64,000 nt of DNA from a virus (lineage: Duplodnaviria > Heunggongvirae > Uroviricota > Caudoviricetes), in the IMG/VR virus record IMGVR_UViG_3300011008_000036, positions 56,848 through 120,847 of that record; one strand, 5' to 3'. The translations under genes were made by a program, and so were the position numbers. Of this stretch, positions 1 to 10,617 are shown piece after piece (within the stretch, counting starts at the first letter, position 1; every line of letters begins with the position of its first letter). The notes below the pieces were generated by a model that was given only the letters and a program-made list of their open reading frames with translations, had not been told where the DNA came from and did no database searches.

Positions 1-1
1 T

Positions 2-208
2 GTTGTATTTACTGGATGTAGACCAAATGAAGAATTGAAACATAAACTAGAAAATCTTGGTTATAAATCTTCTGATTCATGGACAAACAAATGCAAATGT
101 TTAATTGTTCCAGATTACTCATATCATTCCAGTAAAGTTGATAAAGCCAATTCATTGGGAATCAAAATAATATCAATTAATGATATTGATGAAATAAAGA
201 AGCTTTAA
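2..208 (+). CDS. ligA: NAD-dependent DNA ligase, C-terminal BRCT domain (5' part lies outside window)
   Basis: In-frame translation from window edge ...VVFTGCRPNEELKHKLENLGYKSSDSWTNKCKCLIVPDYSYHSSKVDKANSLGIKIISINDIDEIKKL* matches the LigA BRCT pattern (TG..., GxKVSSSVSKKTDxLIVGxxxGSKxxKAxxLGIxIIxE); stop at 206-208. Confidence 0.55.
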   Translation, partial: VVFTGCRPNEELKHKLENLGYKSSDSWTNKCKCLIVPDYSYHSSKVDKANSLGIKIISINDIDEIKKL

Positions 209-213
209 AATTT

Positions 214-224
214 AATGATATATT
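214..224 (+). promoter_or_regulatory. AATGATATATT motif copy 1
   Basis: 6 nt after ligA stop; context aatgatatattcttatatgg; about 100 nt upstream of next + gene. Confidence 0.35.
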
Positions 225-326
225 CTTATATGGATACAAGTTAGTTCTTAAATATAATTCATATGTTTAAATAACTTAATTAAGTAAATTTTTGATAATA
301 TTAATAAAATGGAGGGAACTTTTCTT

Positions 327-1337
327 ATGAGTGATAAAAAGAAAGTAAAAATTCCAGATTCTGTTAAGCACCTAAAATATTCTCTTGAAAAATATGCCAA
401 GAAGAATAATATTAAATTAAAAGGTAAAGGCATGCCTAAAAGAGAAAAGAAAAAAGTTGCAAAACGATTAATGGAAGATTATTCAGAAAATGCATTAATA
501 GGATTAAACAAAGCTGTGAAAATTCTTACAGAACATCCCGATTGTGAAAATAATGAAAAAATTAAAAATGGTATTGAGAACATAATTCTCAATCCTGAAG
601 TTGTGAAACATATTGCAAAATTATATAAGAAAAATGAAGATCAATATAAGAATCTCATTTATCTTCCAAACATGATTGTGAACACACTATCATATTATGA
701 TAATGATGCTAATCTTAGTGAAGATGAGAAAAAGCTTAAAGCTTCATTGGATCCAGAATCATTAATTGCATTCTGTGAAAAGATTCTCAAGAAACAGATT
801 AAGCGATATATTAAATTAGGATTAGATCCAGAAATAGCTTATCATATTGCAACAATTATACCATCAGCAAGATTGTTCAAAGTTAATGTTCAATGGTATA
901 GAAAATTAATTAGAGAATTATATGAATTAGCTGAGAATAAAGATATTGATGTAGAAGCAATTCTTCATGCTGTTTGTAGAATTGATAAAGAAGAAGTTAT
1001 TTCCAAGAAAGCAATGCTTAGAGAATTTTATTCTGAGTTTATTCTGCAGAAATATACAAATAAGCAAGCTAAATTTAATGAGAAACAAAAAGAACTTCAT
1101 GAAGGTCTGATAGAAAATGCTTTAAAATATATTGATGATTTAAAATTATCCAAAATTCGCGATATTCTTCGTGGATATATTAAAACTAGAAAGAAAGCTG
1201 AAGAATTTAAAAATGATTCAAAAAGAATCATTAAGTTTGTTGATCATGCGAATAGTAATAGTCCGTATGAAAACATTAAGAAAGTTGTACAGGATTTAAT
1301 TGCAGAGAATTCTGCTAATGAAGTATACTTATCATAA
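327..1337 (+). CDS. hypothetical protein (Lys-rich)
   Basis: Long ORF; GGAGG RBS at 313-317 ahead of ATG 327 (ORF track start 309 in same frame); no recognisable motifs. Confidence 0.5.
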   Translation: MSDKKKVKIPDSVKHLKYSLEKYAKKNNIKLKGKGMPKREKKKVAKRLMEDYSENALIGLNKAVKILTEHPDCENNEKIKNGIENIILNPEVVKHIAKLYKKNEDQYKNLIYLPNMIVNTLSYYDNDANLSEDEKKLKASLDPESLIAFCEKILKKQIKRYIKLGLDPEIAYHIATIIPSARLFKVNVQWYRKLIRELYELAENKDIDVEAILHAVCRIDKEEVISKKAMLREFYSEFILQKYTNKQAKFNEKQKELHEGLIENALKYIDDLKLSKIRDILRGYIKTRKKAEEFKNDSKRIIKFVDHANSNSPYENIKKVVQDLIAENSANEVYLS

Positions 1338-1358
1338 GAAAAGGAGAACATTATAACC

Positions 1359-1889
1359 ATGAGCAAAAATAAAAAGATTAAGAATATGGATAAGGATACA
1401 AGAAGACACCTTGAAGCAACATCTGATATGCTTAAAAAGAAGGGTGAACGCTTTAAATTTAAAGGTGGTAAAGGAAATAAGAAAGTTGTTAAGAAACTTA
1501 GAAAATTATGTATGCATTGGATGATCAGAAAAGGAAAACCAATACCAACAGTCAGTGATGATGGGCATGGGAATTGGGAATGTTATCTGTGTCATTCAAA
1601 GTTTCCGATTCTTCCAAAGACAGAAGAAGAATATGATCAAATAATTGCTCAAGCTCTTGAAGCAGTTAACCAAATAGTTTTTCTCGCTGTACATTTAGGA
1701 GGAGACTCGGAAGATATTAAATCGTTCCTACGATTGAAAGAAGATCTTCCAAAGTTCAGGAAAATAACAAGAGAAGTTATAAAGCAAAGCAATAAACGTC
1801 AACAATTTGAAGCAAATTCTGAAGATGATACAATAATGAATCAATTCAGTCAATATGGTGGAATTCAATATAACTTAGGAAAGAAATAA
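1359..1889 (+). CDS. hypothetical protein
   Basis: ORF with AAGGAG upstream; basic N-terminus, CxxC..H pair (WECYLCH). Confidence 0.5.
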   Translation: MSKNKKIKNMDKDTRRHLEATSDMLKKKGERFKFKGGKGNKKVVKKLRKLCMHWMIRKGKPIPTVSDDGHGNWECYLCHSKFPILPKTEEEYDQIIAQALEAVNQIVFLAVHLGGDSEDIKSFLRLKEDLPKFRKITREVIKQSNKRQQFEANSEDDTIMNQFSQYGGIQYNLGKK

Positions 1890-1977
1890 TTACCTCTATT
1901 ATTATATTATTTAACAATGGGATATTGATAAATCCCATTGTTAAATATATTATTTTATTATGAAAGGATAAAAAGTT

Positions 1978-2826
1978 ATGGGAGAAAAAACATTAGGAAG
2001 ATTAAAGATAGAAAATCTTTCCAGTGATTTGGGAGATGCTAGTAAAGAAATGGAAGATATGTATGAAGATGAAAAGAAAAACAGAAACAATTTCAGTTAT
2101 TGGTTCAACAAAATAATTTGTAATGATGTCATCAGAGAATTTCTAATTCCAAAATCCACTATTGTACAAATTCCATTTCATATTTGGTCAATATTTGAAT
2201 TAGATGCAGTTTCTGTTGAAATGGATAAACTTCAAAATTTTGTTAATACTTCACTAATTCCTAAAATGGGTTCTCAATATCAATACTTTGTGAAAAATGC
2301 ATGCTTTTCTGATAAATTTTCATATAATAATTGCGTTACAAATAAATTAAGAATACTTGATTCATTCACTAGTATTTGTTACAGTGCATTATGTTTGGGA
2401 GCAAATGGAAATACTGAATTCATAATTCGAGATTACATTGGTTATGATTATAAGAAATATGCTACAATATATAGTGGCTTACCATTAAGATGTGAAATTC
2501 GTGTGTTTTATGATGCTGACAAGAAACAATTACTATATCCAGTAAATTATTGGGACTATGATTATGTATTCCCAAATTTACGAGAGCGAACAGATCAGAT
2601 TGTATTTAAAACAATTTGGCCTGAACTTCAAGAAACATATAAAAAATATGAAGATATTGTATGTTCTAAAGTTGAAAAAGCATTTAAAACTGTTGATTTA
2701 GATGGGAAATGGTCAATTGATATAATGATTGATGAGTCTAATGATTGGCCTAGTTTCTATTTAATTGATATGGCTACTGCTGAAACTTCAGCATACTGGA
2801 AATATCACACAAATGATATTGAATAA
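1978..2826 (+). CDS. hypothetical protein, possible ATP-grasp-like fold
   Basis: AAAGGA RBS; C-terminal segment WSIDIMIDESNDWPSFYLIDMATAETSAYW resembles the ATP-grasp C-terminal strand-loop (yvlEvN..Pg) but weakly. Confidence 0.45.
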   Translation: MGEKTLGRLKIENLSSDLGDASKEMEDMYEDEKKNRNNFSYWFNKIICNDVIREFLIPKSTIVQIPFHIWSIFELDAVSVEMDKLQNFVNTSLIPKMGSQYQYFVKNACFSDKFSYNNCVTNKLRILDSFTSICYSALCLGANGNTEFIIRDYIGYDYKKYATIYSGLPLRCEIRVFYDADKKQLLYPVNYWDYDYVFPNLRERTDQIVFKTIWPELQETYKKYEDIVCSKVEKAFKTVDLDGKWSIDIMIDESNDWPSFYLIDMATAETSAYWKYHTNDIE

Positions 2827-2850
2827 TTTTATAAAGGAGACTGATTAATT

Positions 2851-3477
2851 ATGGCAATGAAAAAAATTCTTTCTAATGTATTGAGTGATGTTAATGTCAA
2901 ATGGCATAAAATTACAGAAGAAACTATTTCTGATATTCCTGATAGAACACCATTAACAATTAGAATCTTCAATCCTAAAATTGTCACTAATGAAGATGAT
3001 GATCAAATCATCTTTGCAGAAGAACGAAGAATTGGAATTTATGATAAAAGTGATTCAACATGGAAAATATTTGAACCATTCCCAAAATATAATTTCTCAT
3101 TATTGGTTGATGATCACGGATATCTTACAGAAGATACATTAGTTAGTCATTGGGACATTGCAACAGAAAAAGATCTTGATGATTATGCAAAAAGACTTGA
3201 TAATTTAATTACATGGAAACATTTAAATTTTGAATGTGATCATTCACAGGAAGAATCTGTTTATAAAGCATTAATGTTCATGCAAGATGTTATTCGACAA
3301 TACTATGCATTAAGTACATCGTTTGGAGAACCTGATCCAAATGTAAAAACAATGAGTGAATTATCAATTGGATTATTACATGATTTAATATCTATAATTG
3401 ATATGGGTCATCCAATTCATAATGAAAATGTTGATGAAAAATTATCAACGGAAACTGAAAATACTTCTGAAGAATAA
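2851..3477 (+). CDS. hypothetical protein
   Basis: AAAGGAG RBS then ATG 2851; acidic C-terminus. Confidence 0.5.
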   Translation: MAMKKILSNVLSDVNVKWHKITEETISDIPDRTPLTIRIFNPKIVTNEDDDQIIFAEERRIGIYDKSDSTWKIFEPFPKYNFSLLVDDHGYLTEDTLVSHWDIATEKDLDDYAKRLDNLITWKHLNFECDHSQEESVYKALMFMQDVIRQYYALSTSFGEPDPNVKTMSELSIGLLHDLISIIDMGHPIHNENVDEKLSTETENTSEE

Positions 3478-3488
3478 ATAAAAATATT

Positions 3489-3520
3489 AGATATGAGCTC
3501 ATTGATTTGAGCTCATATCT
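3489..3520. terminator. bidirectional hairpin terminator between convergent genes
   Basis: agatatgagctca..tgagctcatatct perfect inverted repeat between + gene end 3477 and - gene end 3552. Confidence 0.5.
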
Positions 3521-3551
3521 AAATATATACATTTTTTTACATTTTTAGTCA

Positions 3552-3836
3552 TCATACCTTTGCTGTTATGATATCTAAACTAACAGTTAGTTTATCATTA
3601 TTTAAATTATTTTTTTTAATCTCTTCCATAACCTCAGCCGAACAAATTATCTTTACGCTTAAATCATTACTATTGTTAGAAACATTTGTAATATCATTTA
3701 TTTGATCAGAATAGTTTTTACAAGCATCATATATATCATTGAATGCTTCATATTTTTGTTGTACAAATTCTGTTAATTTTGATTCATTATCCGCTGGTAT
3801 AGTACGACCAAGAAATTCTGGTTTATACTTGTTCAT
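3552..3836 (-). CDS. hypothetical protein
   Basis: 94-aa ORF, alone on the - strand; weak. Confidence 0.35.
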   Translation of the reverse strand: MNKYKPEFLGRTIPADNESKLTEFVQQKYEAFNDIYDACKNYSDQINDITNVSNNSNDLSVKIICSAEVMEEIKKNNLNNDKLTVSLDIITAKV

Positions 3837-4004
3837 GTGTGTATTACACCTGCCTTTATAATAAATCGGAAAACTGTTCTTTATTTTTAATTATTCTATC
3901 TTGTCTTAATTTTATCAATGCATTTGCTTGACCATAAGGTAGATTTAATACATATTCTACACTTGGCCCATTCTTAAATAAAAAGCCCAGTTCCTCGATT
4001 AATT

Positions 4005-6104
4005 TTATTTTCGAGTTAAGCTCACTTGTACGTTTTCGAGACTCTGGGCCACGATAAAAAGCAATCTAACAATAGTATCGATTTCAACATCTTCTTTATG
4101 TCCACATTTTGGACATACTATATTTTTCATCACATATCTGAAATTATATGGATTAATAATCATAGCAGCAATCTCATTAATTGTTCTCCAATCAAACTCA
4201 TTAAATGTATCCAATATCTTAGATATATTATTTCCACCTCGAATACGAATATATCCATCATTATTTTTATTTGGAATCAATAATTCTCTAATACATGCTA
4301 ATGCTAAATATCTTAACATTTTACTGATACTGAGTGGATTATCAATATTTTCTTTATTACCTAATGATCTGATTAATGGATAAATGTCATTAATATATTC
4401 ATATGCACTTGCATGTCCATATAAAACAACAAATTTTGAAGAAGGTAATCTAACATAATTTTGAGAAGTTAATAATGAATCGTTGTAATTAGAAAGAATT
4501 TCTTCCTTTGACATTGCGTTACCTGTTTTGGCCATTTCTTCCAACACAGCTGGTTCAATTGTTGATTCATCCAGTAATGCAGATGGTTGGTAAATCCAAT
4601 CATAAACATTGTTACATGTTGTACCATTAACTTTATTTGAACAGGTAAATTGAATAATTTCTTCTGGCATTGATGTTGCACATAAAATTTTCCAAAGAAT
4701 AAATTCAAGATCTACATAAGAAGTTTTTCGTAAGAAATCTTCTTCTTTACTAACTTTATGAATATTTTTATTTGGAATTCTCTTTGGTACTTCTTTCATG
4801 CTATTAACTTTAAATTCTTCTTGTGTTGTTGGATCACGATACAGAACATACTCTTCCCATGGTCCAATATTTTGATTATGAATATGCTTAAAACAAATTC
4901 CCCACTTAACACGTTCACTATCAATAGGATTAACTTCTTGAGATGTTCTTAAATCTAATACTTCTGTATATGTTAAACCACTAAATGTTGCTCTATAATG
5001 TGAAGCTGGTAATACAGCTTCGATATCATTGTTTTTACGATAGTATGCTTGAGTAACAAGATCAACCATCTTTTCATCTGCATTTTTAATAGTACCAAAT
5101 TCAATATCATCCTTTTCAATAATATTCAATTTTACTATACGAGATTTTCTAACTTTTTCAATATCTTCAGGACTCCATGTAATATTTGATAATTTTGCTT
5201 TATCAATTTCAATTTTTAATTCATCAATTTCATGTGTATCATCATAATGTTTCTCTACATCAGTATTAGTTTCTTCAATTACAGGTTCTTCATTTTTATT
5301 ATCTTCAGTATTTTCTCTTTCTTCGGTAATATCATTTTCTTCATCAATTTCATTATCATCATCAATTGATTCTTCATCTAAAGTTTTATCAATTTCTTCA
5401 ACCTTCTTTTCAGGTTCTTTTATACTTTCTTCAATTACTTCGTTATTGTTAGTTACTGATTCTTTATTATCGTTAGAATCATCTTTTTCATATTCAATCA
5501 TTTCTGGATTAGTTTGTGCAATACTATCAATGATTTCATCAAGAGCAGTTTGAGCAGCATTGACATCTGGATCTGAAGCTGCTAATGTCATTTGCATTTG
5601 AATAGGTCCTTGTGGAATAAAGAAATGTTTAATTTTTCTGCGTTGTTTAGCAATTTCAATATTTTGATTCATACGAACCATTTCTTGAACTTTGCTTGTT
5701 CCTGTTTCAACCATTTTCTCATCCATGATATTAACTAATTTTTCATCACGTTTTAAAACAACATCTTTCTTATCATATACAACACCTTGAGTTTGTGTTT
5801 CAGGCATATCTTCTAATAATGCAGCGTCCGGAGTCCATGCTTTTTTATTAGACTTCATTTCTTTCTTAGCACTATTTAATTTATCTGCGAGAGATAATGT
5901 TCCAGGATCAGTATCATTGGTTGAATCATTTTCTTTTGATTCTTCTGTGACAATTGTTTCTTCAAATAAATCATTATTTGTGTTATGATCTTCTTTCTTT
6001 GTTTCTTCTTTCTTTTCAGATTTTTTAAATATATCTGCAGCTGTTATATTAGATGCTTTTGCATACTCATCTGCAAGATCTAATAAACTCTTATTATTTT
6101 CCAT
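4005..6104 (-). CDS. hypothetical protein with long acidic low-complexity region and C-terminal zinc ribbon
   Basis: 699-aa ORF; AAAGGAG RBS before ATG at 6104; D/E/N-rich block; CPKCGHKEDVE near C-terminus. Confidence 0.5.
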   Translation of the reverse strand: MENNKSLLDLADEYAKASNITAADIFKKSEKKEETKKEDHNTNNDLFEETIVTEESKENDSTNDTDPGTLSLADKLNSAKKEMKSNKKAWTPDAALLEDMPETQTQGVVYDKKDVVLKRDEKLVNIMDEKMVETGTSKVQEMVRMNQNIEIAKQRRKIKHFFIPQGPIQMQMTLAASDPDVNAAQTALDEIIDSIAQTNPEMIEYEKDDSNDNKESVTNNNEVIEESIKEPEKKVEEIDKTLDEESIDDDNEIDEENDITEERENTEDNKNEEPVIEETNTDVEKHYDDTHEIDELKIEIDKAKLSNITWSPEDIEKVRKSRIVKLNIIEKDDIEFGTIKNADEKMVDLVTQAYYRKNNDIEAVLPASHYRATFSGLTYTEVLDLRTSQEVNPIDSERVKWGICFKHIHNQNIGPWEEYVLYRDPTTQEEFKVNSMKEVPKRIPNKNIHKVSKEEDFLRKTSYVDLEFILWKILCATSMPEEIIQFTCSNKVNGTTCNNVYDWIYQPSALLDESTIEPAVLEEMAKTGNAMSKEEILSNYNDSLLTSQNYVRLPSSKFVVLYGHASAYEYINDIYPLIRSLGNKENIDNPLSISKMLRYLALACIRELLIPNKNNDGYIRIRGGNNISKILDTFNEFDWRTINEIAAMIINPYNFRYVMKNIVCPKCGHKEDVEIDTIVRLLFIVAQSLENVQVSLTRK

Positions 6105-6156
6105 TTTTATATCTCCTTTACTTAGATATTTCTACAATTTATAAGTTTCAGTTGAA

Positions 6157-7473
6157 TTAATTGTAATAATTAATCATGAATATGATATAATTGAATATTG
6201 CTCTTGTATATCCAATTATAGTAGCTTCTCTCTGATAATAATTTCTAATATTTATTATATCATTCATCCAAAATGTTAATATATCTCTAATTTCTTTATA
6301 AATAGGATCTTTAGAAGTTCCAATGCTTCTATATAGAGCAATTCCCCAATTTAAAAATATTGAAGAAGTTAATTTAGATTCTGATCTATTTTTTTCAAAA
6401 TAGGCAATGATAATATTTTCAACTAATTTTCCTAACCTATTATTCTCAGTATTATAAATTTGCGTCATAAACCCAGCTAGTAAATTTTTATCTACTTGAT
6501 TTATTTCTGAACAAATTTGGATAAATTTGTTATTAATTTCTTTTTGTGAAAATTTGTTATTTGTTCTCAGAATTATTTGAGAACTATTACTACTAACACC
6601 TTCTTGATTTGCTATATTTCCATCGTCAAATACTATAACATTAGTATGTTGAGAAGCATTTAATTCAGAATTTTTATAATATGCAATACTAATATTTTTA
6701 AATGTACTATTGACTTGATTGCGTAATCTTTGAATAAAATCTAAATAATAATTATCTTGTCCAGATTCTTTCATTTTAGGAATAAAAAATGATACAACTG
6801 TGTTAGCATCATATTTTAATAATTCTTGTAATGTTTTAACTTTCTTTACTTTGAATTTTGTACTGAGATGTTCTATTGTATATTTCATAACATCTTCTTT
6901 TACTCCAGTCTTCCAGAATGTTGAGTATATAATAGCATATTCAGCAAATACTAACATATATTCACAACATTCAATAATATCTTTATCATCTCTTTGAATT
7001 GCTTCAATTAATAATGCGCATAATAATAGTTTATGGGGAGCACTTTCAATCCACCCATTAAAAAATTTACTAATCTTTCCATAATAGGTTTCTTTAATCA
7101 TTTCATTATACATTTGCAATAATTGCTCTTTTGTTACTCCAAATAAATGATACAACCATTCACTTTCTTTAACATTGAAAGTGAATTTGTATACTGGTCC
7201 CATAGTTGATAATTGTGTTTGATGCTGGTCGATAAAACGACCAACAAAATCAATTAATTCATCTTTGGTTTGTTTGTTATTTAATGCTTTTCGAATATAT
7301 GGAATTTGTAAATGATCCTGTAAATAATAAGCTACTTTATAAACTCCTTCTTTACCAGATTCATCAAAAATCTCTTCAGTATTTTCTTCAACAAATTCAA
7401 TATTTTTATAATCACACATTTCTTTATATGCAGCATTTCTATATTCTCTCATATATAAATCATATAGTCTCAT
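6157..7473 (-). CDS. hypothetical protein
   Basis: 438-aa ORF, AAAGGGGA RBS before ATG at 7473; divergent from the SbcC-like gene. Confidence 0.5.
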   Translation of the reverse strand: MRLYDLYMREYRNAAYKEMCDYKNIEFVEENTEEIFDESGKEGVYKVAYYLQDHLQIPYIRKALNNKQTKDELIDFVGRFIDQHQTQLSTMGPVYKFTFNVKESEWLYHLFGVTKEQLLQMYNEMIKETYYGKISKFFNGWIESAPHKLLLCALLIEAIQRDDKDIIECCEYMLVFAEYAIIYSTFWKTGVKEDVMKYTIEHLSTKFKVKKVKTLQELLKYDANTVVSFFIPKMKESGQDNYYLDFIQRLRNQVNSTFKNISIAYYKNSELNASQHTNVIVFDDGNIANQEGVSSNSSQIILRTNNKFSQKEINNKFIQICSEINQVDKNLLAGFMTQIYNTENNRLGKLVENIIIAYFEKNRSESKLTSSIFLNWGIALYRSIGTSKDPIYKEIRDILTFWMNDIINIRNYYQREATIIGYTRAIFNYIIFMINYYN

Positions 7474-7540
7474 GTAAAAAAGTTCCCCTTTCCAAACTGA
7501 TATATTATTAAAGTATATACATTATAATTGGAGGTTAATT

Positions 7541-10108
7541 ATGAAAATAACTTATATTAAGTTAGAAAATGTAGCTGGATTAGTAGCTGGATCTAATTTA
7601 TATAACCTGGAAATAGATTTTTCATCATCGATTAATAGAATAACTTCAATCATAGGTAAGAATGCAACAGGAAAATCATGTCTGATATCATTACTGACAC
7701 CATTTGCAGGAATTTCAAATATTGACGAAAGAAGTGATATTCCAATAATATTACAAGGAAGAGATGGATATAAAGAAATTCATTTTCAAGATAATACTGA
7801 TAATTATATTATTAAGCATTTTTATAAATCAAAGAAAGAAGGAAATCACTCTGTTAAAAGTTATTTCATAAAAAATGGAGAAGAATTAAATGAAAATGGA
7901 AATGTTGGATCATTCAATGAATTAGTAAATCAACATATGGGACTAAATCAAGATATGGTTAGATTGATTAGATTGGGAAGTAATGTCAATTCTTTCATAT
8001 CATTGACTCCAGCTAAAAGAAAAGAATATGTTGGAAATTTAATATCAGAAATAGATACGTATTTAAAAATACATAAGAAAATTAATGATGATTTAAAAGT
8101 ATTAAAAATACTTCAACAAAATAATTCAATGAATATGCAAAATTGTCATATTGATGATTTAATTGTTGAAGAAGAAAATTTGAAACAGTTGTCAAAATCA
8201 ATTAAAGAAAAAGAAAGAGAACGAGAAAAGCTTATCACAAATATTAATAAAATTGATTCACTTATGAAAGAAAATGATGTTGATGAATTGCGTCAGAAAA
8301 AACATTCTGCAAAATCATCAATGAATGAATACTATTTGTTACAAGAGAAAATTAAAGAACAAAATTTGGAAAATACTTCATTGGATAATTTAATTAATAA
8401 AAGAAATGATTTAAATAATCAGAAATTAGATATTCAAAGTAATATTAATTCTTATAGAATGAATATTGATTCCAGTTCACAGGTTATTGAAAGATTGGAA
8501 ACTGAAATTAAGAAAATAACATTAGGAAATGATTTATCAGGTATACATAATACAATTAATAATCTAAGAGATCAAATTAATAGAACACCTGAAATTATCA
8601 TTAAATTTCAATATCATAATATATCCAGTAATGATGTTCATGAATATTTAGTTAAATTATCATCATTAAATCAAATAAGTACAATGTTATTTTCATTGGG
8701 AGATCTTCCAATGAATATTTATTTAAAACTTAGAAAAGATAAACGTGACGTTGAAAAGTATTTAAAAGAGCAATATAAACATAATTTATCGAAGATAAAT
8801 AAGGTAGACATTAAATCGATAATTGATCAAGTATTTAAAGATGATCAAATAATTATGCCTAATTGTGATACTGAATATGTTGAATGTCCATATTATAGAC
8901 TGTTTGAATATGTTGATAATATTAAAGATAGTATTGATCATAGTATAGATAATGAGACAATTCATTCTATTAAAGTAATATCAAATAATATTGATAATGT
9001 ATTAAATGAATTATCCATATATGAAAATTTAGTAATTCCAAAAGTTATTAAAGATGAATTCAAAGAGAATAATATTCTAGAAAGATTATCTAAACATCTA
9101 CCATTCTTTGATTTATCAAAATTAGAAGAATTTTTAACATTATTACGAGAATATGAAGTATACTCTGAGAATTGTAAAAAATACACAGAGCTATTAGATA
9201 AACTTCAATTATTTAAACAATTAGGAGCAAATGGAATTAATGAAGAAATTCAACATCAACGAACTCAACAAATTCTATATAGAAATGAAATTCAGAAATT
9301 GAATGATAATATTAATGTATTAAATGAAAAATTACAAAAAGTTGATGATCAAATTTTATTGGTTCAAAGACATGATGAGTTGGCAAAATATATTGATATG
9401 TTTAAACATACTATTGAATCAGCTGAGAAAATTTTAATTCCACTTGAAAATGCTTCTAAAGAAAGATATAGTCTTCAATTGGAATTATCTCAACTTGAAG
9501 TTATAATAAATAACATTAAAGAAAAACATCGTTCTTTAGATATCAATATAAACGAATATAAAAAATTATTAAAGGAAGATAAGAAATTATCTAAGAAAAA
9601 TAATGATTTAAAATTAATAGCTGAATCAGTATCTACTAAGAAAGGAATACCAGTTATTTATATTCAAGAATATTTAAAAAAGATTCAAACATTATCAAAT
9701 GATTTATTAGGATTAATATTCGATGATTTCAAGTTAGCTCCATTCAATATTACTTCTGATACATTCGAGGTTCCTTATATTAAAAATGGTAAATTAATTC
9801 AAGATGTAAAATATGCAAGTCAATCTGAATTAGCTTTAGCATCCATTGCAATTTCATTTGCTTTGGCAAAACATGCTTCAACAAAATATAATATTTTATT
9901 ATTAGATGAAATTGATGCTGGACTAGATGATGTAAATAAACAATCATTCTTAACTTTATTAGAATCTCAAATGAATACATTAAAAGCTGAACAAATTTTT
10001 ATCATATCACATAATTTAGCAAATATGAATGATGTTCCAATGGATTGTATTAAGTTATCAGATATTCCCTTTAAATCTGATTTACAAAATATTATTTATG
10101 AGAATTAA
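7541..10108 (+). CDS. SbcC/Rad50-like SMC-family ATPase (T4 gp46-like recombination/repair ATPase)
   Basis: N-terminal Walker A GKNATGKS in Rad50-type context (MKITYIKLENVAG...IDFSSSINRITSIIGKNATGKS), long central coiled-coil-like K/E/L/N-rich region, C-terminal degenerate signature SQSELALASIAISFALA followed by Walker B LLLDEIDAGLD and H-loop IFIISHN; GGAGGT RBS. Confidence 0.65.
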   Translation: MKITYIKLENVAGLVAGSNLYNLEIDFSSSINRITSIIGKNATGKSCLISLLTPFAGISNIDERSDIPIILQGRDGYKEIHFQDNTDNYIIKHFYKSKKEGNHSVKSYFIKNGEELNENGNVGSFNELVNQHMGLNQDMVRLIRLGSNVNSFISLTPAKRKEYVGNLISEIDTYLKIHKKINDDLKVLKILQQNNSMNMQNCHIDDLIVEEENLKQLSKSIKEKEREREKLITNINKIDSLMKENDVDELRQKKHSAKSSMNEYYLLQEKIKEQNLENTSLDNLINKRNDLNNQKLDIQSNINSYRMNIDSSSQVIERLETEIKKITLGNDLSGIHNTINNLRDQINRTPEIIIKFQYHNISSNDVHEYLVKLSSLNQISTMLFSLGDLPMNIYLKLRKDKRDVEKYLKEQYKHNLSKINKVDIKSIIDQVFKDDQIIMPNCDTEYVECPYYRLFEYVDNIKDSIDHSIDNETIHSIKVISNNIDNVLNELSIYENLVIPKVIKDEFKENNILERLSKHLPFFDLSKLEEFLTLLREYEVYSENCKKYTELLDKLQLFKQLGANGINEEIQHQRTQQILYRNEIQKLNDNINVLNEKLQKVDDQILLVQRHDELAKYIDMFKHTIESAEKILIPLENASKERYSLQLELSQLEVIINNIKEKHRSLDININEYKKLLKEDKKLSKKNNDLKLIAESVSTKKGIPVIYIQEYLKKIQTLSNDLLGLIFDDFKLAPFNITSDTFEVPYIKNGKLIQDVKYASQSELALASIAISFALAKHASTKYNILLLDEIDAGLDDVNKQSFLTLLESQMNTLKAEQIFIISHNLANMNDVPMDCIKLSDIPFKSDLQNIIYEN

Positions 10109-10182
10109 AATTTGTTAGAAATATTCTACTAATATTTAATTAATCTAAGATTGTTGATACTTTGAAAGGTGGTAAATTTAAA

Positions 10183-10617
10183 ATGTTTATTGATGTTAAA
10201 CTTAATGAAAAAATTGCAAACGGTTTTACTAGATTAGCTGCAATTGATATTGTTGATTGTTTCAGAGCAATGATTAATAACTTTGCTCCCCAAAGATATC
10301 TTACTAAGGAACAGTTCAGAGCAATCTCAACAGCTATCGTAGATGAATTATATTTTCCAACCAGTGAAGAAGATATTCTCAAAATGCAACAGGAATTCGA
10401 GCAGGATTTAATTGATCGTAAATCATCAGATTATGGTAAAGATGAAGAAGGATCAACTGAACCTGCGGAACCAGAAACACCTGCTGAAGAATCACCCAAA
10501 TACACAAGCATTATGGATGCTATTAGTGGGAAATCATCTGATGAATCTTCAGAAGATACAGATACCTCTGGTACAGATACCCCTGGTACAGATACCCCTG
10601 GTACAGAAAATCCCTAA
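10183..10617 (+). CDS. hypothetical protein with C-terminal DTPGT tandem repeats
   Basis: AAAGGTGG RBS before ATG 10183 (ORF track start 10162 in frame); ends ...TDTSGTDTPGTDTPGTENP. Confidence 0.45.
   Translation: MFIDVKLNEKIANGFTRLAAIDIVDCFRAMINNFAPQRYLTKEQFRAISTAIVDELYFPTSEEDILKMQQEFEQDLIDRKSSDYGKDEEGSTEPAEPETPAEESPKYTSIMDAISGKSSDESSEDTDTSGTDTPGTDTPGTENP
10558..10608 (+). repeat. 15-bp tandem repeat (gatacccctggtaca, about 3 copies) encoding (DTPGT)n
   Basis: Direct reading: gatacctctggtacagatacccctggtacagatacccctggtaca. Confidence 0.6.

Noticed and set aside
248-433. 61-aa ORF on - strand
   Set aside because: Overlaps the start region and RBS of + gene 327-1337; no RBS; typical AT-rich shadow ORF.
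4026-4952. Three small ORFs (4026-4283 +, 4469-4708 -, 4758-4952 +) inside the 699-aa - strand gene
   Set aside because: Fully embedded in a long well-supported ORF, hydrophobic/odd composition, no RBS; antisense/frameshift artefacts.
8962-9980. Small - strand ORFs inside the SbcC-like gene
   Set aside because: Embedded antisense ORFs without RBS.
7541-10108. Considered tape-measure protein because of length and coiled-coil content
   Set aside because: Clear Rad50-type Walker A at N-terminus and Walker B/H-loop at C-terminus; tape-measure proteins lack these.
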